Of a stretch of 64,000 bases of DNA, positions 59,339 to 64,000 are shown piece after piece. Both the position numbers and the translations under genes were made by a program. Source of the stretch: Candidatus Poribacteria bacterium (GTDB taxonomy: Bacteria; Poribacteria; WGA-4E; WGA-3G); NCBI GenBank assembly GCA_965214095.1, contig OZ243938.1, positions 2,816,001 through 2,880,000 on the forward strand, written 5' to 3'. How positions within the stretch are numbered: position 1 is the stretch's first letter; each line of letters opens with the position of its first letter. The notes under the pieces were generated by a model. That model made no database searches, was not told where the DNA came from, and saw only the letters and a program-made list of their open reading frames with translations.

Positions 59339-59746
59339 ATGAATGGCACAGAAAAAGTCGTAAAACACTTGGAAATGACACAAGCCATTATAAACCGTTT
59401 AGGACGCAACACTTTCCTCTTAAAAAGCTGGAGTATGACAATTCTCGTTGCAGCAATGGTCTTAATCGCTAGAGAAGACTTACAAAATCCATTTCTTGTA
59501 TTGGTTCTATTCCTTCCTATCGCTGGGTTTTGGATTTTGGACGGATACTTTCTCTGGCAGGAACGCTTGTGCCGACAAGTCTATGACGATATCCGAGAGC
59601 AAACTGACACCGATTTCAAGATGGAGCTTGGTAAACACAAAAATAAACCAAAGTGTAATTGGATCTCAGCGATTTTTTCAGTTACACTCATTATTTTTTA
59701 TCTGATAGAGGTACTATTTGTCGGTGCAATTGCGTATTTCTTCTAA
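59339..59746 (+). CDS. Small membrane protein (3-4 TM)
   Basis: AGGAGG RBS; HLEMTQAIINRL..N.F.LK.W and FW.LDGYFLWQERL motifs; upstream TTGACA-17-TACATT. Confidence 0.8.
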   Translation: MNGTEKVVKHLEMTQAIINRLGRNTFLLKSWSMTILVAAMVLIAREDLQNPFLVLVLFLPIAGFWILDGYFLWQERLCRQVYDDIREQTDTDFKMELGKHKNKPKCNWISAIFSVTLIIFYLIEVLFVGAIAYFF

Positions 59747-60084
59747 TTGATGAATTTTTATGAGATTTGTGTTTTCAGTTTTAGGTTAGATTGAAACATG
59801 AAACCCATAGGTGTCAACTTAAGGAATTCCTAACATTGGAAACCTTCTCCTGTCCCGACCGAAGACATGTACAAAATTTTCACCCAGAACCTACACCATC
59901 CAACACGGCTCTAAGTATCCATTCCAACAATTTAATAGTTCAGTTTTATTGAAGTAACGAAAATCCGTTACCACTAATATAACATGTAGGCATCAATATC
60001 AACTTTTCTTGTAATTGTGCCAAATTTGTGATATTATTTTAACTTTACAATAAAACAAGATGTCAAGTTACACTCGGTGAAAAA

Positions 60085-61338
60085 ATGAATAAATTATTGG
60101 CAGACGTAGACCCAGAAATAGTAGAGATTGCCGCCAATGACTTAGCACGTCAGCAAAATACGTTGATGCTAATCCCCTCTGAGAACTATGCCAGTCGTGC
60201 CGTTATGGAAATACAAGGGAGTATCCTTGGGAATAAATATGCTGAAGGGTATCCCGGTGAGCGTTACTATAACGGTTGCGAGTTTATGGATAGTGTGGAA
60301 TCGCTTGCGATAGAACGTGCGAAAACACTTTTCGGTGCCGAACACGTTAACGTTCAACCGCATGCTGGCACACAAGCGAATATGGCAGCATACCATGCCT
60401 TGCTTGATCCGGGTGATACGATCTTAGCCATGACTCTCAGTCACGGTGGACATCTGAGCCACGGGGACAAAGTCAACTTTTCTGGACGTTATTACAATAT
60501 AGCGTCTTACGGTGTAGACGCAGAAACGGAACTGATTGACATGGACGTTGTAGGTCGCCTTGCCGAAGAACATCAACCGAAACTCATTGTTGTTGGGGCA
60601 ACTGCGTATCCTCGTCAATTTGACTTTGCTGCTTGGCGTGAAGTCGCAGATTCTGTGGACGCATACCTACTCGCAGACATCGCACATATTGCTGGACTTA
60701 TCGCAGGCGGTGCTCATCCAGATCCTGTCCCATATAGTGATGTGGTTACGACTACAACACACAAAACCTTACGCGGTCCTCGCGGTGCGATGATAATGTG
60801 TAAGGAAGAATATGCAGCGAAGATTGATAGAGCAGTATTCCCAGGTCTACAAGGCGGTCCTTTCCTGCACACAATCGCCGCAAGAGCAGTTGCTTTCAAA
60901 GAAGCAAGCGAACCAGAGTTTAAAACATATCAAGCACAAATAGTTAAAAATTCAAAAGCACTTGCATCAAGGTTAATTGAGAACGGATTCAGGTTAGTCA
61001 GTGGTGGCACAGAAAACCATTTGATGTTAATAGACTTAACTTCAAAATATGAAAAACTAAGCGGTAGGCAAGCAGCAGATCATCTTGAGGATGCGGGAAT
61101 TATTGCTAATAAAAACACTATTCCTTTCGACAAAAGGAAACCGAAAACAACAAGTGGCATCCGACTTGGCACACCTATGGTTACAACACGCGGCATGAAA
61201 GAAGATGAAATGATACAAATTGCAGATTTTATGACTGAGGCACTTGAAAACAGACTAAAAGCTTCTGTGAAAAAACGCATCCGAGAAAAAGTCAAAGAAT
61301 TCTGCGCGCAGTTCCCAATTTATGAATACCTGTCGTAA
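60085..61338 (+). CDS. glyA: Serine hydroxymethyltransferase
   Basis: [40 protein letters not shown] and SGIRLGTP motifs. Confidence 0.97.
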   Translation: MNKLLADVDPEIVEIAANDLARQQNTLMLIPSENYASRAVMEIQGSILGNKYAEGYPGERYYNGCEFMDSVESLAIERAKTLFGAEHVNVQPHAGTQANMAAYHALLDPGDTILAMTLSHGGHLSHGDKVNFSGRYYNIASYGVDAETELIDMDVVGRLAEEHQPKLIVVGATAYPRQFDFAAWREVADSVDAYLLADIAHIAGLIAGGAHPDPVPYSDVVTTTTHKTLRGPRGAMIMCKEEYAAKIDRAVFPGLQGGPFLHTIAARAVAFKEASEPEFKTYQAQIVKNSKALASRLIENGFRLVSGGTENHLMLIDLTSKYEKLSGRQAADHLEDAGIIANKNTIPFDKRKPKTTSGIRLGTPMVTTRGMKEDEMIQIADFMTEALENRLKASVKKRIREKVKEFCAQFPIYEYLS

Positions 61339-61375
61339 ACACAATTTCTATACTACAAACGATTATACCTAAAAG

Positions 61376-62749
61376 TTGGACTACAAATCTGCACTCGCCT
61401 ACATAGAACAGTTTATTGATTATGAAAGAAGTCCGGACTTCGCACGACAAGCGCGGTTTTACAATCTTAATCGTATAACGCAGTTATTAGAGTTGCTCGG
61501 AAATCCACACGAAAAATTAAATGTCATTCATGTCGCAGGGAGTAAAGGCAAAGGATCAACAGCAGCGATCATCGCATCAGTGCTAACACATGCGGGATAT
61601 AAAACGGGGTTGTATACCTCTCCACATTTGATAACACCACGGGAACGGTGTCGGATTAACAACGAACTTATATCAGAATCAGAAGTTGCTTGCTACATTG
61701 ACAAACTGAAACCTGCGATTGAAACCGTTTCCGATTCAGAATTCGGACGTGTTTCATTCTTTGAAATATACACAGCACTTGCCTTTACCTATTTTGCTGA
61801 TAAAGCAACAGATTTTGCTGTTATTGAAGTCGGACTGGGAGGACGACTTGACGCAACAAACATCGTTTCTCCGGTGGCAACTGTCATGACACCCATTGGT
61901 TTAGAACACACATCAATATTAGGAGATACCTATACTAAAATAGCGATTGAAAAAGCGGAGATAATCAAACAAGAGTGTCCGGTTGCAGTTGCCCCGCAAC
62001 ATCCTGATGCATACACTGTCATAGAAAGGGTAGCAAAAGAACGAAACGCACCAATTGTAGAAGTCAAAAATATAGTAGAAAAAAGATCCGATAATCCTGT
62101 TCTTAATTCAGACGGTGTAACTATAGCGCAACACTTTGATGTAGAAACTGATACAGAGACTTTTAGACAGCTCATGCTGCCACTATTAGGACACCATCAG
62201 TATATCAACGCTACGACTGCCATTGCTGCGATTGAGTGTCTGAAACAGAAAGGATATGAAATCACTAAAGATAGTGTATATGAAGGTTTTAAGAACGTAA
62301 CGTGGCATGGACGTATCCAGTTAATAAAGTCCTCACCACTTGTCGTGCTTGATGGAGCACACTCACCTATTTCTATGGAAGCACTCTGTAGCACTCTTCG
62401 TAACAATTTGCGTTACACTCAGGTGGTTTTTATCGTTAGTATTATGAAGGATAAGGATTTAGTAGCAATTGGCAATATTATCTCAAAAACAGCGGATTCC
62501 GTGATTGTAACACAAGTTCCCGACAACCCTCGTGTCCTATCTGCAGAAACAATACACGATGCTTGGTCGGGTTTATTCCAAAATATAAGAATCCATAAAA
62601 CCCCAAAAGAAGCAATCACAATGGGATTATCCTCAGCATCACCAACAGATTTAATTTGCGTGACAGGTTCCCTATACCTTGTCGGACAAGCACTCAAGTT
62701 TTTTAATTGGGAATATGAAAATAATAAAAGAGAGGTATTTAATGCGTGA
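61376..62749 (+). CDS. folC: Folylpolyglutamate synthase/dihydrofolate synthase
   Basis: HVAGSKGKGST, YTSPHL, EVGLGGRLDATN, LDGAH and TGSLYLVG motifs. Confidence 0.93.
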   Translation: MDYKSALAYIEQFIDYERSPDFARQARFYNLNRITQLLELLGNPHEKLNVIHVAGSKGKGSTAAIIASVLTHAGYKTGLYTSPHLITPRERCRINNELISESEVACYIDKLKPAIETVSDSEFGRVSFFEIYTALAFTYFADKATDFAVIEVGLGGRLDATNIVSPVATVMTPIGLEHTSILGDTYTKIAIEKAEIIKQECPVAVAPQHPDAYTVIERVAKERNAPIVEVKNIVEKRSDNPVLNSDGVTIAQHFDVETDTETFRQLMLPLLGHHQYINATTAIAAIECLKQKGYEITKDSVYEGFKNVTWHGRIQLIKSSPLVVLDGAHSPISMEALCSTLRNNLRYTQVVFIVSIMKDKDLVAIGNIISKTADSVIVTQVPDNPRVLSAETIHDAWSGLFQNIRIHKTPKEAITMGLSSASPTDLICVTGSLYLVGQALKFFNWEYENNKREVFNA

Positions 62750-64000
62750 AATCATTTGCAAAAGACGGTGGCTAAATTGGAAGTTAATTCTAATCTGCCT
62801 AACTGTATTCTGTTTAGCCACCGTGGCTTTTGCCCAATCAGACACCAATCTGGAAAATCCTCCCGTGCCTTTAGTTTGGTGGATTGCACCGATCGGTTCA
62901 CTTATTGCTTTAGGTTTCGCATACCATTTCTATCGTTCCGTAATGAAACAGGACGAAGGAAATGAAACAATGCGTGAAATTGCACAATCTGTCCGTGAAG
63001 GTGCAATGGCATATCTTCGGCAACAATATAAAGTGGTCGGCATCGTCTTTGCTGTCCTGTGTCTCATCTTTATCTTCATGGCTTTCGTCCTTAAAGCACA
63101 GAACCAGGTGGTACCTTTTGCTTTCCTAACAGGAGGCTTTTTTTCTGGTCTCTGCGGTTTCCTCGGCATGAAAACCGCAACCAATGCATCCGCCCGGACA
63201 ACAAGTGCAGCGATGAAAGGACTCAACGCTGGTTTACGGGTTTCCTTCCGTGCTGGTGCGGTGATGGGATTGATAGTCGTTGGCTTTGCACTCCTTGACA
63301 TCACTGGATGGTTTCTCATACTCTATTACATCTTCCCAAAAATCTCTTGGATAGGTGAAGACTTTTTAGGTAAAAACCCGTTACCCCAAATTACAGTGAT
63401 TATGCTTAGTTTCGGAATGGGTGCTTCCACACAAGCACTGTTCGCTCGTGTTGGCGGTGGTATCTATACGAAAGCAGCGGATGTCGGTGCTGACCTCGTT
63501 GGAAAAGTTGAGGCAGGCATACCTGAGGATGATCCGCGTAATCCTGCTGTTATCGCTGATAATGTTGGCGATAATGTTGGTGATGTGGCTGGCATGGGTG
63601 CTGACCTATACGAATCTTATGCAGGTTCTATTCTTGCAACAGCTGCCCTCGGTGTCGCTGCTGTTGCAGCTAAAGATTATGGTAATCTTTCCCTACAACT
63701 GAAATACCTCTCTGCCCCCATGATTATCGCTGGTATCGGTGTGCTTCTCTCTATTTTAGGTATCTATATGGTGCGTACAAAAGAGGGAGCGACGATGAAA
63801 CAGCTGATGGGTTCGCTTAATCTCGGTATCAACGGGAGTGCTCTCGGTATAGCAATAATCTCTCTCCCTGTTTTACTCTATTTAGGAAAAGAAGAGGGTT
63901 TTAATAACGAATGGCAAATCTGGGGAGCAATTGTCGCTGGACTTGTAGCTGGATTAGTTATCGGTAAAGTCACTGAAATTTTTACTTCCCATGAATATAA
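62742..64000 (+). CDS. hppA: Membrane-bound Na+/H+-translocating pyrophosphatase (partial; runs off the window and is absent from the ORF track)
   Basis: Manual translation from ATG 62742 (GAGG RBS) gives MREIICK...EGAMAYL...RVGGGIYTKAADVGADLVGKVEAGIPEDDPRNPAVIADNVGDNVGDVAGMGADLYESY. Confidence 0.95.
   Translation, partial: MREIICKRRWLNWKLILICLTVFCLATVAFAQSDTNLENPPVPLVWWIAPIGSLIALGFAYHFYRSVMKQDEGNETMREIAQSVREGAMAYLRQQYKVVGIVFAVLCLIFIFMAFVLKAQNQVVPFAFLTGGFFSGLCGFLGMKTATNASARTTSAAMKGLNAGLRVSFRAGAVMGLIVVGFALLDITGWFLILYYIFPKISWIGEDFLGKNPLPQITVIMLSFGMGASTQALFARVGGGIYTKAADVGADLVGKVEAGIPEDDPRNPAVIADNVGDNVGDVAGMGADLYESYAGSILATAALGVAAVAAKDYGNLSLQLKYLSAPMIIAGIGVLLSILGIYMVRTKEGATMKQLMGSLNLGINGSALGIAIISLPVLLYLGKEEGFNNEWQIWGAIVAGLVAGLVIGKVTEIFTSHEY

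Noticed and set aside
59750-60084. Riboswitch (ZTP, THF or glycine) upstream of glyA
   Set aside because: No consensus recognisable by eye, and a TTGTAA-17-TATTAT promoter lies close to the start. An Infernal/Rfam scan would be decisive.
62756-63702. ORF-track calls 62756-62965, 62930-63319 and 63421-63702
   Set aside because: All overlap the hppA reading frame that starts at 62742.
1-64000. tRNA, rRNA, integrase or prophage genes
   Set aside because: None recognised by eye; a tRNAscan-SE or Infernal run would be needed to exclude small RNAs.

Overview
Bacterial chromosomal window with AT-biased DNA. The gene content (PhyH dioxygenase, sulfatase, Gfo/Idh/MocA oxidoreductase, TPR/WD40/HEAT/TolB repeat lipoproteins, secreted proteins ending in a 'PVEPxxKLTTTWGxLK'-like tail) suggests Candidatus Poribacteria. 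This assignment is an inference from family resemblance, not a database result. Housekeeping genes are ppk2, miaA, mnmA, nnr, nadA, comEC, glyA, folC and a partial hppA. The most notable accessory features are: (1) a tightly linked DUF488-DUF488-(Dual-OB-like domain fused to RecQ) operon, a candidate nucleic-acid repair or defence system; (2) a 3324-aa Ig-repeat protein with a T9SS-like C-terminal domain followed by a PorV-family barrel; (3) four secreted proteins sharing a short C-terminal W-G-x-[LVI]-K tail; (4) a 553-bp IS200/IS605-derived element with no transposase gene and a hairpin-dense interior; (5) TATAGT...ACTATA-bounded miniature elements carrying GTAG-type REP hairpins; (6) a rearranged TPR/WD40 lipoprotein duplication that includes a copy of the comEC 3' end; (7) an ABC-ATPase plus DUF4276 pair. 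No tRNA, rRNA or CRISPR array was recognised. All family assignments come from motif recognition by eye.
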